From IMG/VR virus record IMGVR_UViG_3300047444_000069, positions 64,001 through 128,000 of that record: 64,000 nt of DNA; one strand, 5' to 3'. The stretch is from a virus (Duplodnaviria > Heunggongvirae > Uroviricota > Caudoviricetes). Made by a program: the position numbers and the translations under genes. Under the pieces are notes generated by a model. That model saw only the letters and a program-made list of their open reading frames with translations, ran no database searches and was not told the DNA's origin. Each line of letters begins with the position of its first letter. The stretch's first letter is position 1. Of this stretch, positions 46,382 through 56,344 are shown one piece after another.

Positions 46382-47110
46382 ATCTACTCAATCTATCGCG
46401 TCACCAGTCTCGTAAACCAGAAGGTGTATATCGGCTTCACGTCACAGAAGCCTAATAGACGTTGGAACTCTCATAAGTGCGACAGTAAGAGTGGACGGTA
46501 CACGTCTCACCTTCATCGCGCTATGAACAAATATGGTGACGATCAGTTCTCCTTCGAAGTCATATACCAGTCGAAGGACAAGGACCACACTCATAAGGTG
46601 ATGGAACCGCTGTTCATTGCCGAATACAACTCAATCGAGACTGGCTACAACATCACTCCGGGCGGAGAAGGTACGTTCGGTCGTGTAATAACGGACGAGA
46701 TGCGTGCGAATCTGTCATCAAAGCTGAAAGGCCGGAAGATGTCGGAGACACAGTACGCCAACTACATCACATCGAAGGCCAACAATCCGAACCCTTGGAT
46801 TGGTCGGAGACATACGGATGAAGCGAAGGCTAAGATTTCTGCTGTCCAGACTGGTCGTAAGTTGTCCGAAGAAACCAAGTCCAGAATGTCGGCTTCTCAT
46901 GTCGGCAAAGCAAAGACAGATGAAACCAAGGCCAGAATGTCGGCGGCACAGGCACATGATTGGATTGTGACCCATCCAGACGGTAGAGAAGAAGCTGTGA
47001 CGAACATGCGTCAGTTCTGTATTGATAACAACCTGAATGCCGGGAAGATGACCTTGGTATCACAGGGAAAACGCCTTCAACACAAAGGCTACAAGTGTAG
47101 GAAACAATAA
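46379..47110 (+). CDS. Free-standing GIY-YIG homing endonuclease between terS and terL
   Basis: SIYRVTSLVNQKVYIGFT; GYNITPGG; several NUMOD3-like repeats. Confidence 0.88.
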   Translation: MIYSIYRVTSLVNQKVYIGFTSQKPNRRWNSHKCDSKSGRYTSHLHRAMNKYGDDQFSFEVIYQSKDKDHTHKVMEPLFIAEYNSIETGYNITPGGEGTFGRVITDEMRANLSSKLKGRKMSETQYANYITSKANNPNPWIGRRHTDEAKAKISAVQTGRKLSEETKSRMSASHVGKAKTDETKARMSAAQAHDWIVTHPDGREEAVTNMRQFCIDNNLNAGKMTLVSQGKRLQHKGYKCRKQ

Positions 47111-48813
47111 TGTCTACAAAGCTTCAACTTCGGGACCATGTGCGGGGGAATGCGCGCATCAAACCTGCGGGATGGCTCCACCCCTATACTGAGTGGGAAC
47201 TACAAGAATTTAAGAGATGTGCAGATGATCCGATCTACTTCATCAAGAACTATGTGAAGATCATCTCGCTGGACAAAGGTATCATCAACTTTGACATGTT
47301 CAAGTTTCAGGAAGAATTCATCAAACTCGTCCTGAGTGAACGTAAGTCAATCGCGAAGCTTGGCCGTCAGATGGGTAAAACGACCTGTGTGGCGGCTGCA
47401 ATCCTCTGGTACATCATCTTCTCTGCCAAACCACAGAACGTCGCTGTGCTGGCACACAAGGCTTCTGGTGCGCGTGAAATTCTGTCACGTATTAAGTTGT
47501 CCTATGAACTGTTGCCGCCGTTCCTGCAACATGGTGTACATGAATGGAACAAGGGTAGCATCCATATCGCCAATGGTTCGAAGGTGACGGCTGCTGCTAC
47601 CTCTGCGTCTGCTGCGCGGGGCGGTTCTATTTCGTTCGTTTACCTTGACGAGTACGCCTTCGTTGCGCCGAATATCGCTGAAGAATTCTTCGCATCGGTG
47701 TTCCCTACGTTGTCATCGGGTAAGTCAACCAAGATTTGTATCACGTCTACCCCGATTGGTTACAACGCGTACTGGAAGATTTGGGACGAAGCAGAGAAAG
47801 GTGTGAATGGTTTTAAGACATTCACTGCAAACTATTGGGACCGCATTGGTTACGACGAAGAATGGGCGGCTGAACAGAAGCGCGTTCTTGGTCCATTGAA
47901 ATTCCGTCAGGAAGTTCTCTGTGCGTTCTTGGGTTCATCGAACACACTCATTGAAGGCGACACCATCGCCAAGATGACACCAATCGATCCTGAGTACAGC
48001 AAAGACGGTCTGGACATCTTCAACAAGCCTGAACCCGGTCATACCTACGTGGCTATCGTGGATACGTCGCGCGGCGTTGAGGGTGACAGTTCAGTCATTT
48101 CAGTGATCGACATCACCGAGACACCTTACCGACTGGTTGCCAAGTATCGATCCAACACGATTCATCCGATGCTGCTGCCCTCAGTGGTCCATAAGATTGC
48201 TACGGACTACAACGAAGCTTTCGTACTGAACGAAATCAATGACAACGGTCAGTCTGTCTCTGACACGCTGCAACATGAAATCGAGTACGAGAACTTGCTG
48301 TGGATCAGTAAGGCCAAGGGTGGTCAGACTGTTTCCTCTGGTTTCGGTGGTGGTGCGTCTCAGTCTGGCGTGCGGACGGACAAGCTGGTCAAACGTGTGG
48401 GCTGTTCGACACTGAAGACATTGATCGAAGAAAACCAACTTCTGGTTTACGACCGTCAATACATTCAGGAGTTCTCAACTTTTACGGAAATCAAGGGAAG
48501 CTTCAAGGCCGATGCTGGCTACCATGACGATATGGTCATGACACTCGTTCTCTTTGCGTGGCTGACCAAACAACCGTACTTCAAGGAACTCACGAACGTC
48601 AACCTGCGTACCACGATCTATCAGGAACGTATCGAAGCCATCCAAAATCAGTTGACACCGTTTGGTTACAGCAACGGCATTGAGGACAGCGGCCCGAAGT
48701 ATGTGGTCGAAGATCGCGATGCGTGGATGGTTGAGGAAATCGACCGTGAGAAGAACTGGTTGGCGACTCACATCCTTGGTATGCCTGAATGGGGTGGTTT
48801 CCACGGTCGGTAA
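47110..48813 (+). CDS. gp17: Terminase large subunit gp17
   Basis: RQMGKTT Walker A, YLDEYAF Walker B, VDTSRG, HDDMVMTL. Confidence 0.96.
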   Translation: MSTKLQLRDHVRGNARIKPAGWLHPYTEWELQEFKRCADDPIYFIKNYVKIISLDKGIINFDMFKFQEEFIKLVLSERKSIAKLGRQMGKTTCVAAAILWYIIFSAKPQNVAVLAHKASGAREILSRIKLSYELLPPFLQHGVHEWNKGSIHIANGSKVTAAATSASAARGGSISFVYLDEYAFVAPNIAEEFFASVFPTLSSGKSTKICITSTPIGYNAYWKIWDEAEKGVNGFKTFTANYWDRIGYDEEWAAEQKRVLGPLKFRQEVLCAFLGSSNTLIEGDTIAKMTPIDPEYSKDGLDIFNKPEPGHTYVAIVDTSRGVEGDSSVISVIDITETPYRLVAKYRSNTIHPMLLPSVVHKIATDYNEAFVLNEINDNGQSVSDTLQHEIEYENLLWISKAKGGQTVSSGFGGGASQSGVRTDKLVKRVGCSTLKTLIEENQLLVYDRQYIQEFSTFTEIKGSFKADAGYHDDMVMTLVLFAWLTKQPYFKELTNVNLRTTIYQERIEAIQNQLTPFGYSNGIEDSGPKYVVEDRDAWMVEEIDREKNWLATHILGMPEWGGFHGR

Positions 48814-48844
48814 ATATAGACCGTTTCTGAAAACCCTCAAAACA

Positions 48845-48851
48845 CTAAATA
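48845..48851 (+). promoter_or_regulatory. Late promoter for gp18
   Basis: CTAAATA. Confidence 0.75.
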
Positions 48852-48925
48852 GTTCTAGTCAAACAAAGCTACAGACCGATGTGCCTGTGTTTGGCACATC
48901 CAACAATTATTAGGAGTAACAACTA

Positions 48926-50806
48926 ATGTTTATGCTCTCTCCCGGCGTATCAGTTCAAGAATACGACGCTACAGCATCAGTCCCGTCAGTCGCCACAACT
49001 GCGGGCGGTTTTGCAGGAACCTTTGTTTGGGGTCCGGTGGAACATATCTACACGACCGATAGCGAAGCCACTCTGGTTTCCGTCTTCGGTAAGCCGAACA
49101 ACGATACAGCTACGTCATTCTTCACCGCTACAAACTTCCTTGCCTATGCGAACAACCTTCAAGTCGTGCGTGTGGTCGGTGAAACCGCCAAGAACGCAGT
49201 CGCTTCGGGCACTGCCCTTCTGATCAAGAACGAAGACGAATACAACGCTGAACGTCTCAATGGTTCGAATGGTGTTGGTATCGTGGCCGCGAAATATCCG
49301 GGTCTTCTGGGTAATTCGATCAAGGTGTCGATTGCTGATAGCCGCACCTACTCACAAAACCTGTCGGGTTCGGTGACTACGGATACTTCCGCAACTGTTA
49401 CGGGTACGGGTACGAACTTCACGTCCAGCGTTGCAGTCGGTTCGCGTCTCTATACGTCTGCTGGCAAGCTGATTGGTCAAGTTGCACAAATCACAAGCGA
49501 CACGACGCTGAACCTCACGGCTGCTGCGGCACAAGTGGTGACGGCCGGTACTGTGCGTGCTGATTGGGAATTCAAGTCGCAATTCTCGGGCGCTCCGAAT
49601 ACTTCGGACTTCGTAACAAACGTGTCGGGTCAGAACGATGAAGTGCATGTCGTGATCATCGACGCTACTGGTGTCTTCACTGGTACGCCGAACACGGTCC
49701 TCGAAACGTATGCCTTCGTGTCGGTCGCATCGGATGCCAAGAAGGACGATGGTTCGACCAACTATTACAAGACGTTGCTGAATACTGCATCGGCTTACGT
49801 GTGGTGGATGGATCACCCGACTGACGGCACGAATTGGGGTTCGACGGCTGCGGCCACGAACTTTGCACGCCTTCTGAAGCCCCAGACGGTGACTCTCGTT
49901 GGTGGTGTCTCTGATGACGTGCTGACTGACCAAAACGCGACGACCGGCTTTGCTATGTTCGAGAACGCGGAACTGGTTGATGTCTCGCTGATCCCGACTG
50001 GCGCAGCTTCACAGACCGTTGCTGAATATGTGATCGACAACATCGCGAATACCCGTCTTGACTGTCTGGCCTTCGTCTCGCCTACGCTTGATGCCGTGCT
50101 GAACAACAAGGGTAGCGAAGCTGACGACATCATCAGCCAACGTGGTGTGCTTCCTTCGACTTCCTATGCAGTGATGGATTCGGGCTGGAAATATCAGTAC
50201 GACCGTTACAACGATGTGTACCGCTGGATTCCGCTGAATGGCGACATCGCTGGCCTGTGCGCACGTACTGACCAGACGAACGATCCGTGGTGGTCCCCGG
50301 CTGGTTTCAACCGTGGCCAGATCAAGAACGTGATCAAGCTGGCGTACTCGCCGGGTCAAACTGATCGCGACAAGCTGTACCCGCAAGGTATCAACCCGGT
50401 CGTGACGTTCAAGGGCCAAGGCACTGTGCTGTATGGTGACAAGACGATGCTCTCGAAGCCGTCTTCGTTCGACCGCATCAATGTGCGTCGTCTGTTCATC
50501 ACGTTGGAAAAAGCGATTGCTACGGCATCGAAGTACCAACTGTTTGAATACAACGATCCGTTTACGCGTGCTCAGTTCAAGTCGTTTGTTGAACCGTACC
50601 TGCGTGACGTGCAAGGTCGTCGTGGTATCAGCGACTTCTTGGTTGTTTGTGACGATACGAACAACACTGGTGAAGTGATCGACGGTAACCGCTTCAAGGC
50701 CGCGATCTACATCAAGCCCGCACGTAGCATCAACTTTATCGAACTGAAATTCATCAGTACTCCTACTGGTGCTCAGTTCTCCGAAGTGGTCGGTATCGCT
50801 GGCTAA
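48926..50806 (+). CDS. gp18: Tail sheath protein gp18
   Basis: MLSPGVSVQEYD..WWSPAGFNRG..FDRINVRRLF..IKPARSINFIELKF. Confidence 0.96.
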   Translation: MFMLSPGVSVQEYDATASVPSVATTAGGFAGTFVWGPVEHIYTTDSEATLVSVFGKPNNDTATSFFTATNFLAYANNLQVVRVVGETAKNAVASGTALLIKNEDEYNAERLNGSNGVGIVAAKYPGLLGNSIKVSIADSRTYSQNLSGSVTTDTSATVTGTGTNFTSSVAVGSRLYTSAGKLIGQVAQITSDTTLNLTAAAAQVVTAGTVRADWEFKSQFSGAPNTSDFVTNVSGQNDEVHVVIIDATGVFTGTPNTVLETYAFVSVASDAKKDDGSTNYYKTLLNTASAYVWWMDHPTDGTNWGSTAAATNFARLLKPQTVTLVGGVSDDVLTDQNATTGFAMFENAELVDVSLIPTGAASQTVAEYVIDNIANTRLDCLAFVSPTLDAVLNNKGSEADDIISQRGVLPSTSYAVMDSGWKYQYDRYNDVYRWIPLNGDIAGLCARTDQTNDPWWSPAGFNRGQIKNVIKLAYSPGQTDRDKLYPQGINPVVTFKGQGTVLYGDKTMLSKPSSFDRINVRRLFITLEKAIATASKYQLFEYNDPFTRAQFKSFVEPYLRDVQGRRGISDFLVVCDDTNNTGEVIDGNRFKAAIYIKPARSINFIELKFISTPTGAQFSEVVGIAG

Positions 50807-50816
50807 TGTGTAAACA

Positions 50817-50840
50817 AGGGGAGACACGTTCTCCCCTTTT
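50817..50840 (+). terminator. Rho-independent terminator
   Basis: AGGGGAGA/TCTCCCCT plus T tract. Confidence 0.75.
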
Positions 50841-50850
50841 GCTTGACATC

Positions 50851-50857
50851 CTAAATA
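50851..50857 (+). promoter_or_regulatory. Late promoter for gp19
   Basis: CTAAATA. Confidence 0.75.
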
Positions 50858-50887
50858 TTACCAAATACCCAATTCGGAGTCTAAACA

Positions 50888-51457
50888 ATGGCTGATACAG
50901 TCTATTTCAATGTCGATCAGTTCAAGTCGCAACTGTCTGGCGGCGGTGCTCGCCCGAACCAGTTCTTTGTGCAACTGACGTTCCCTACTTCAGTGACGCT
51001 CGCGCCGCTGGCTATTCAGTCGTCACCGTTCCTTGTGACGGCGGCTTCGATGCCGGGTTCTATCGTCAACGAAACCCAAGTCTATTACCGTGGCCGTGCT
51101 GTGAAGCTGGCTGGTGAACGCACGTTCCAAGATTGGTCGTGTGTGGTCCTCAATGACAACAACTTCACGATCCGTAACGCGCTGGAAGATTGGTCGAATA
51201 AGATGAACGACCTTCAGAACAACAGCGGCGAACTTAGCCCGTCTAAGTACACGGCTGACATGCTGGTCACACAGTTGAACCGCAACAACCAACCCCTGAA
51301 GACCTATCAGATTCGCTCTGCATGGCCGACCAACGTCTCAGAAGTTAACCTTGACTTTGGTGCAAACGACCAGATTTCGACGTTCAATGTGACGTTCGCA
51401 TATCAGGACTTTAAGACAACCATGACACCGCTGGCAGGTATCGTTTCGGGCGGCTAA
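50888..51457 (+). CDS. gp19: Tail tube protein gp19
   Basis: GGGARPNQF..RGRAVKLAGERTFQDW..AWPTNVSEVNLD. Confidence 0.95.
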   Translation: MADTVYFNVDQFKSQLSGGGARPNQFFVQLTFPTSVTLAPLAIQSSPFLVTAASMPGSIVNETQVYYRGRAVKLAGERTFQDWSCVVLNDNNFTIRNALEDWSNKMNDLQNNSGELSPSKYTADMLVTQLNRNNQPLKTYQIRSAWPTNVSEVNLDFGANDQISTFNVTFAYQDFKTTMTPLAGIVSGG

Positions 51458-51462
51458 TCACT

Positions 51463-53121
51463 ATGGAAATCTTCGGCTTCCAATTCGGCGGCAGGAAGGG
51501 TAAAGGACTTCAGCAACAAGCAGAACAAAAGCTGCCGTCCTTTGCTGCCCCGGTCGATGATGACGGCGCTGCGACCGTTTCTAACGGTGTCGGGCACTAT
51601 GGCACTTTTATCGACCTCGATGGTGCTGCTAAGACTGAATCAGAACTGATTTCACGTTATCGCGAGACGGCGAAGTACCCTGACTGCGACACAGCAATTG
51701 AGGAAATCTGCTCAGAGGCAATCGCTACAGAGGATGACGAAGAAGTCGTCAAACTGAATCTGGAAGACGTGCCGTTGTCCAAGAACGTGAAGAATATCAT
51801 CGAAGAAGAATTTGATGAACTTCTGAACCTCTTGGACTTCGACAGCCGTGCTCATGACATCTTCCGTCGATACTATGTCGATGGCCGGATGTACTATCAC
51901 AAGCTGTTTGATCAGAAGAACCCCGGTGCAGGTATTCAAGAACTGCGCTACGTCGATCCCCGCAAGATCAAAAAGGTTCGTGAAGTAGAGAAGAAGAAGG
52001 ACGAAGTGACGGGTGTGGAAATCTACACCAAGGTTCTCGAATACTTCGTGTTCTCGGATTCTGGCTTTGCGAAATCACAGGGCTACACTGCCCCGAACAA
52101 CACAGCACAGGGCGTGAAGATTGCGCCTGAAGCAATCGCATATGTTACGTCCGGTCTGATCGACTTGGATCGTAACTTGGTCGTTGGTCACTTGGACAAG
52201 GCCATCAAGCCGACGAACATGCTTCGTATGGCTGAAGATGCAATGCTGATCTACCGTATGGCACGCGCGCCGGAACGCCGTGTGTTCTACGTTGATACCG
52301 GCAACCTTCCGACTGCGAAGGCTGAACAGTATCTTAAAACGGTCATGGATAAGTTCAAGACCAAGATCGTTTACGACGCATCGACCGGCGAAATGCGCGA
52401 TGACCGCAAGCACATGTCCGCGATTGAAGACTTCTGGCTTCCGCGTCGTGAAGGCGGCAGTGGCACACAGGTTGACACGCTGGAAGGCGCTCAGAACCTT
52501 GGTGTGACACAAGACATCGAGTACTACCAAGCCAAGCTGTACAACGCGCTGAACGTGCCTACGTCGCGTCTGAAGGGTGACAACCCGATGAACTTCGGTC
52601 GTCAGATGGAAGTCACGCGGGACGAACTGAAGTTTGCCAAGTTCATTACCCGTATCCGTCGCAAGTTCACTGAACTGTTCGATGACCTGTTGAAGACGCA
52701 GCTTGTCTTGAAGGGTGTGATTGTCCCGGAAGATTGGGACGCGATCATCAAGCCTACGATCAAGTATGTGTTCGCATCAGACATCTATTGGGCTGAAGCG
52801 AAAGAGATTGAGAACCTTCGCAATCGCGTCGAAATCTTGACGGAACTTGAACCGTTCATTGGTACGTACTACAGCAAGCAATGGGTTCGTAAGAACGTGC
52901 TGAAGATGACGGACGATGACATCGATCAGGTTCAGAAGGAAATCGAATCAGAACGTGACGAAATGGCTGCGGACGCTGAATTCAAGGGCGAACTCGCTGC
53001 TGCACAAGAAATGCCTCTGATCCAAGGTCAGGCTGACATGCAGATGGACCAAGAGATGCAGATGATGAAGGCACAAGCGGCTGTTGCGCCGAAACCGGCC
53101 CCGGCATCGAAGAAAAAGTAA
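51463..53121 (+). CDS. gp20: Portal protein gp20
   Basis: YVDGRMYYHK..IYRMARAPERRVFYVDTGNLP..EDFWLPRREGGSGT. Confidence 0.96.
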   Translation: MEIFGFQFGGRKGKGLQQQAEQKLPSFAAPVDDDGAATVSNGVGHYGTFIDLDGAAKTESELISRYRETAKYPDCDTAIEEICSEAIATEDDEEVVKLNLEDVPLSKNVKNIIEEEFDELLNLLDFDSRAHDIFRRYYVDGRMYYHKLFDQKNPGAGIQELRYVDPRKIKKVREVEKKKDEVTGVEIYTKVLEYFVFSDSGFAKSQGYTAPNNTAQGVKIAPEAIAYVTSGLIDLDRNLVVGHLDKAIKPTNMLRMAEDAMLIYRMARAPERRVFYVDTGNLPTAKAEQYLKTVMDKFKTKIVYDASTGEMRDDRKHMSAIEDFWLPRREGGSGTQVDTLEGAQNLGVTQDIEYYQAKLYNALNVPTSRLKGDNPMNFGRQMEVTRDELKFAKFITRIRRKFTELFDDLLKTQLVLKGVIVPEDWDAIIKPTIKYVFASDIYWAEAKEIENLRNRVEILTELEPFIGTYYSKQWVRKNVLKMTDDDIDQVQKEIESERDEMAADAEFKGELAAAQEMPLIQGQADMQMDQEMQMMKAQAAVAPKPAPASKKK

Positions 53122-53172
53122 CCACATCCCGATCAGGGTAAATATTCTGATCGGGAATACAAAGGACTACAA

Positions 53173-53595
53173 ATGGAACTCATTCAACTGACTGAAGCGG
53201 AACTTGCTCAATTCGATGAAGCATTTCTGACAGAAATTCAAGGCTATATCAAGCACGGCGAAGATGTGATCGCGACCAACGGTTCGCACTTCAAGGTTGG
53301 AACAAAGAAGAACGAAAAAGGACAGTACGACGACAAATCGGCTGCTGTGTTCGACAACCTCGACCATGCCAAGGCGTTCATTGATGGCGGCAAGAAAGGC
53401 CCGCACAAGACCGTTGCTGGCTACACCAGTCATCCGGGCAAGGTTCAAGAATCGTTCATCGATCTGATCCAGTCGGACAAGGCTGCGGCTGCTGAAGTCT
53501 TCAAGCAAATGATGGCAGAGAAGGTTCAGGCTGCACTCGGCGCACGTCGCATCGAACTGTCGCAATCACTCTACTCGCGCGTCAAGGGTGAGTAA
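53173..53595 (+). CDS. Prohead core protein (gp67-like C-terminus) with a basic/His insert
   Basis: Position after the portal; C-terminal FIDLI..AAEVFKQMMAEKVQAALGARRIELS. Confidence 0.6.
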   Translation: MELIQLTEAELAQFDEAFLTEIQGYIKHGEDVIATNGSHFKVGTKKNEKGQYDDKSAAVFDNLDHAKAFIDGGKKGPHKTVAGYTSHPGKVQESFIDLIQSDKAAAAEVFKQMMAEKVQAALGARRIELSQSLYSRVKGE

Positions 53596-54197
53596 TGGAC
53601 TTCGCACAATTCCGCACACAGAATGCGGCGCAAGCGCCAAAACAACCGGAAGAACCGAAGAAGTTTGATGGACTTACTGGTGAAGTCAACAGTAATCCAG
53701 AAGCAGAGAAGGAACACCAGAACAAAGCACTTCTGAAAATGAAGGGCGATTCGGTCTGGATTCCGAAGCTTCCCACGGTTCCCGGTCTGAGTGAAGCCCG
53801 CAAGACGCATCACAAGGTGAAGATTCACTTCGGTAACGGTAAGTCTGAAATCCGCATGGTTGACGACAACGAACTTGGTGTTCTGCGCCGTTCGGGTCAT
53901 ATCACCAAGGTCTTCAACATCGCGGAGATGAAGGACGGCGTTGAGCATTCGTATAGCGTACCTTCCCTGTTCGAAGACGCATGTCGCGAACAAGAGAAGA
54001 ACACGGCGCATTACTCACATAAAGACGGTAGCAAAGCGTATCTGATGACCCATAAATACAGCGATCCCAAGCTTGGCACGGATCACTATGTCGGCTTCTC
54101 ACATAGAACCGGTACGGTGTATTCGAACGATGATGGCAAGGTCAAGGCTGAACGTCTTCTCAGGCGTCTGGGCTACAAAGCAAAGGCAAAGGAATAA
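53595..54197 (+). CDS. Prohead-associated protein (gp68 position), His/Lys-rich modules
   Basis: Position between the gp67-like gene and gp21; LSE/LFE sites. Confidence 0.55.
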   Translation: MDFAQFRTQNAAQAPKQPEEPKKFDGLTGEVNSNPEAEKEHQNKALLKMKGDSVWIPKLPTVPGLSEARKTHHKVKIHFGNGKSEIRMVDDNELGVLRRSGHITKVFNIAEMKDGVEHSYSVPSLFEDACREQEKNTAHYSHKDGSKAYLMTHKYSDPKLGTDHYVGFSHRTGTVYSNDDGKVKAERLLRRLGYKAKAKE

Positions 54198-54200
54198 TCC

Positions 54201-54587
54201 ATGTCCGCACTCGTTCAAACTGTCCTCAAAAATACGCACACTGAAACAGTGGTGAAGATCACTGGTACGGGTACGGCTGCGATCACCCTCGCCTCGCTTG
54301 CACTTGCTGATGATGTCTATACGGCGGCCAAAGCTTCGGTTGAGATTCGCAAGGTCTGGATTTCCGCACCGCCGACACAGTTGACTACGGTCACCCGCAA
54401 TTCAGTAGCAGTCCTACAAGCCTATGGTTCAGTGGATACGAACTTCGAAGATGTGAAGCTGAATGATCAAGCTTCGAAAGACTTCTCAGTTGTGACCGCT
54501 GGCGATGGCACTGTCATTCTCTGGCTGCGTAAGTCGGGTGGCTATGAGTGGCCGTTCCGTAGCGAAGCCCTCACAGTAGGTGCATAA
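54201..54587 (+). CDS. Hypothetical virion-region protein
   Basis: 128-aa beta-rich ORF directly before gp21. Confidence 0.65.
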   Translation: MSALVQTVLKNTHTETVVKITGTGTAAITLASLALADDVYTAAKASVEIRKVWISAPPTQLTTVTRNSVAVLQAYGSVDTNFEDVKLNDQASKDFSVVTAGDGTVILWLRKSGGYEWPFRSEALTVGA

Positions 54588-54589
54588 AT

Positions 54590-55243
54590 ATGAAACTGAT
54601 TACGGAACTCTACGATGAAGTGGAGATGATCACGGAAGGCACTGGCGACAAGAAAGACCTGTATATCCAAGGCATCTTCGCTCAGTCAAACATCGTGAAC
54701 CGCAATAAGCGGAACTATCCGAAGGCACATATGGAATCGGCGGTTGATAAGTACGTCGAAAGCTATGTGTCTAAGAATCGTGCCCTTGGGGAACTGAATC
54801 ACCCGCAACGCATGACGGTTGACCCGGAACGTGCGTGTATGTTGATTACAGAACTCAAGTGGGACAGAAACAACGTCATGGGTAAGGCGAAAATCCTCTC
54901 CGAAGGCGTTGGTAAGGTGGTACGTGGCCTGATTCTCGATGGGGTAAATATTGGTGTGTCAACACGTGGCGGCGCTTCTGTGTCCTTGCGTGAAGGCGTT
55001 ACTTATGTTGGTCCTGATCTGACTTTCTCGGCCATCGATGTTGTTACCGATCCTAGCGGTCCTGACTGCTTCGTGAACGGCATCATGGAAGGCGTTGAGT
55101 GGATTTGTGAGTCTGGTGTTTGGAAGATGGAAAAGATCGAACAAGCACGCGAGACGATCATCGAAACTCCCGCTGCGAAGCTGCCACAGATGTCTATTGA
55201 ACTGTGGGAAAGCTTCCTCGGAAAGCTTCAACACATCAAGTAA
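54590..55243 (+). CDS. gp21: Prohead protease gp21
   Basis: MKLITE..YIQGIF..NRNKRNYP..ALGELNHP..GVSTRGG..DVVTDPS. Confidence 0.95.
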   Translation: MKLITELYDEVEMITEGTGDKKDLYIQGIFAQSNIVNRNKRNYPKAHMESAVDKYVESYVSKNRALGELNHPQRMTVDPERACMLITELKWDRNNVMGKAKILSEGVGKVVRGLILDGVNIGVSTRGGASVSLREGVTYVGPDLTFSAIDVVTDPSGPDCFVNGIMEGVEWICESGVWKMEKIEQARETIIETPAAKLPQMSIELWESFLGKLQHIK

Positions 55244-55262
55244 TCTCAAAATTTTGCTTTTA

Positions 55263-55269
55263 CTAAATA
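55263..55269 (+). promoter_or_regulatory. Late promoter for gp22
   Basis: CTAAATA. Confidence 0.75.
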
Positions 55270-55309
55270 TACATTGTAATCGGTAAAAGCCATACCCAAA
55301 GGATACAGA

Positions 55310-56278
55310 ATGTCACTGGAAAAGAAGATTCAGTCGTTGCTCAATGAGCGTGCGACTCTGCCGATCAGCAACATGGATAACGGCGATAAGAAGCCGATCC
55401 CGGCTGGTTCGTCACAAAACGCTGAGTACAGCGAACTGTCGAAAGACATCAAGGGCGACGAAGCTGCTACACCGGTTGCACCGGCTGAAGCACAAGCTAA
55501 CCTCGGCCTGAAGGGTGACCCGACGAAGGTCACGACGCAAGCGCAACGCGATGCACTCGAAGGTACAGACATCTCGGCACTGTTCGCTGGTATGGAACTG
55601 GCTGAAGGTTTTGCTGAGAAGGCAACTGGCCTGTTCGAAGCTGCTGTCGTTGCTCGCGTCAATACAGAAGTCGATAAGGCTGTCACTGCACTGACCGAAC
55701 AAGCGCAAGCTGAACTGAAGGTCACGAAGTCGAAGCTTGAAGAAGATGTCAATGCTTACCTGTCGTATGTTGTCGAATCGTGGATGAAGGATAACCAACT
55801 GTCCGTTGACGCTGGTCTGCGTACTGAAATCGCTGAGTCCTTCATCGCTGGTCTGAAAGACCTGTTCGTTGAAAATTACATCGAAGTCCCGGAAGACAAG
55901 GTTCAAGTTGTTGAATCGCTTTCGTCGGAAGTCGAAGCAACCAAATCGCGTCTGAATGAAGAAATCGAGAAGTCGATTGCTCTGTCGGACAAGATCGTCA
56001 AGCTTGAAAAAGCGGCTGTGTTGGAACAAGCAGCAAAGGGTCTGGCAGTAACGGACGCTGAACGCCTGTCCCGTCTGGTCGAAGGCGTAGAGTTTGACAA
56101 CCAAGAAGCCTTTGCAGAGAAGGTTGCGGTCATCAAGGAAGCCCATTTCAAGGTGCAACCGAAGAAGTCTGCTGAGACGCTTCTGGCAGAGCAAGCCGGT
56201 CAAGGTAACGAAACGAAGGAAGTATCAGCCCAAGTTTCACGCTATGTGACCGCTCTCAATCGTAATTCCAAGTTTTAA
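55310..56278 (+). CDS. gp22: Prohead scaffold gp22
   Basis: FAEKATGLFEAAV..YLSYVVESWMKDN..AESFIAGLKDLF. Confidence 0.92.
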   Translation: MSLEKKIQSLLNERATLPISNMDNGDKKPIPAGSSQNAEYSELSKDIKGDEAATPVAPAEAQANLGLKGDPTKVTTQAQRDALEGTDISALFAGMELAEGFAEKATGLFEAAVVARVNTEVDKAVTALTEQAQAELKVTKSKLEEDVNAYLSYVVESWMKDNQLSVDAGLRTEIAESFIAGLKDLFVENYIEVPEDKVQVVESLSSEVEATKSRLNEEIEKSIALSDKIVKLEKAAVLEQAAKGLAVTDAERLSRLVEGVEFDNQEAFAEKVAVIKEAHFKVQPKKSAETLLAEQAGQGNETKEVSAQVSRYVTALNRNSKF

Positions 56279-56302
56279 GTATATCTGAAGAAATCAGAAA
56301 TA

Positions 56303-56309
56303 CTAAATA
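56303..56309 (+). promoter_or_regulatory. Late promoter for gp23
   Basis: CTAAATA; AGGAG RBS downstream. Confidence 0.78.
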
Positions 56310-56344
56310 ACTAGGTAAAGCACAAATCCATCTTAGGAGTACTA

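Noticed and set aside
47110..48813. Intein or group I intron in terminase (also checked portal, sheath and capsid)
   Set aside because: All are uninterrupted and of normal length; the endonucleases are free-standing.
50009..50827. Long antisense ORFs over gp18 (also over gp6, gp22, gp23, the VrlC-like gene and 59699..60754)
   Set aside because: They are shadow frames of strongly biased genes, with no RBS, promoter or protein-like motifs.
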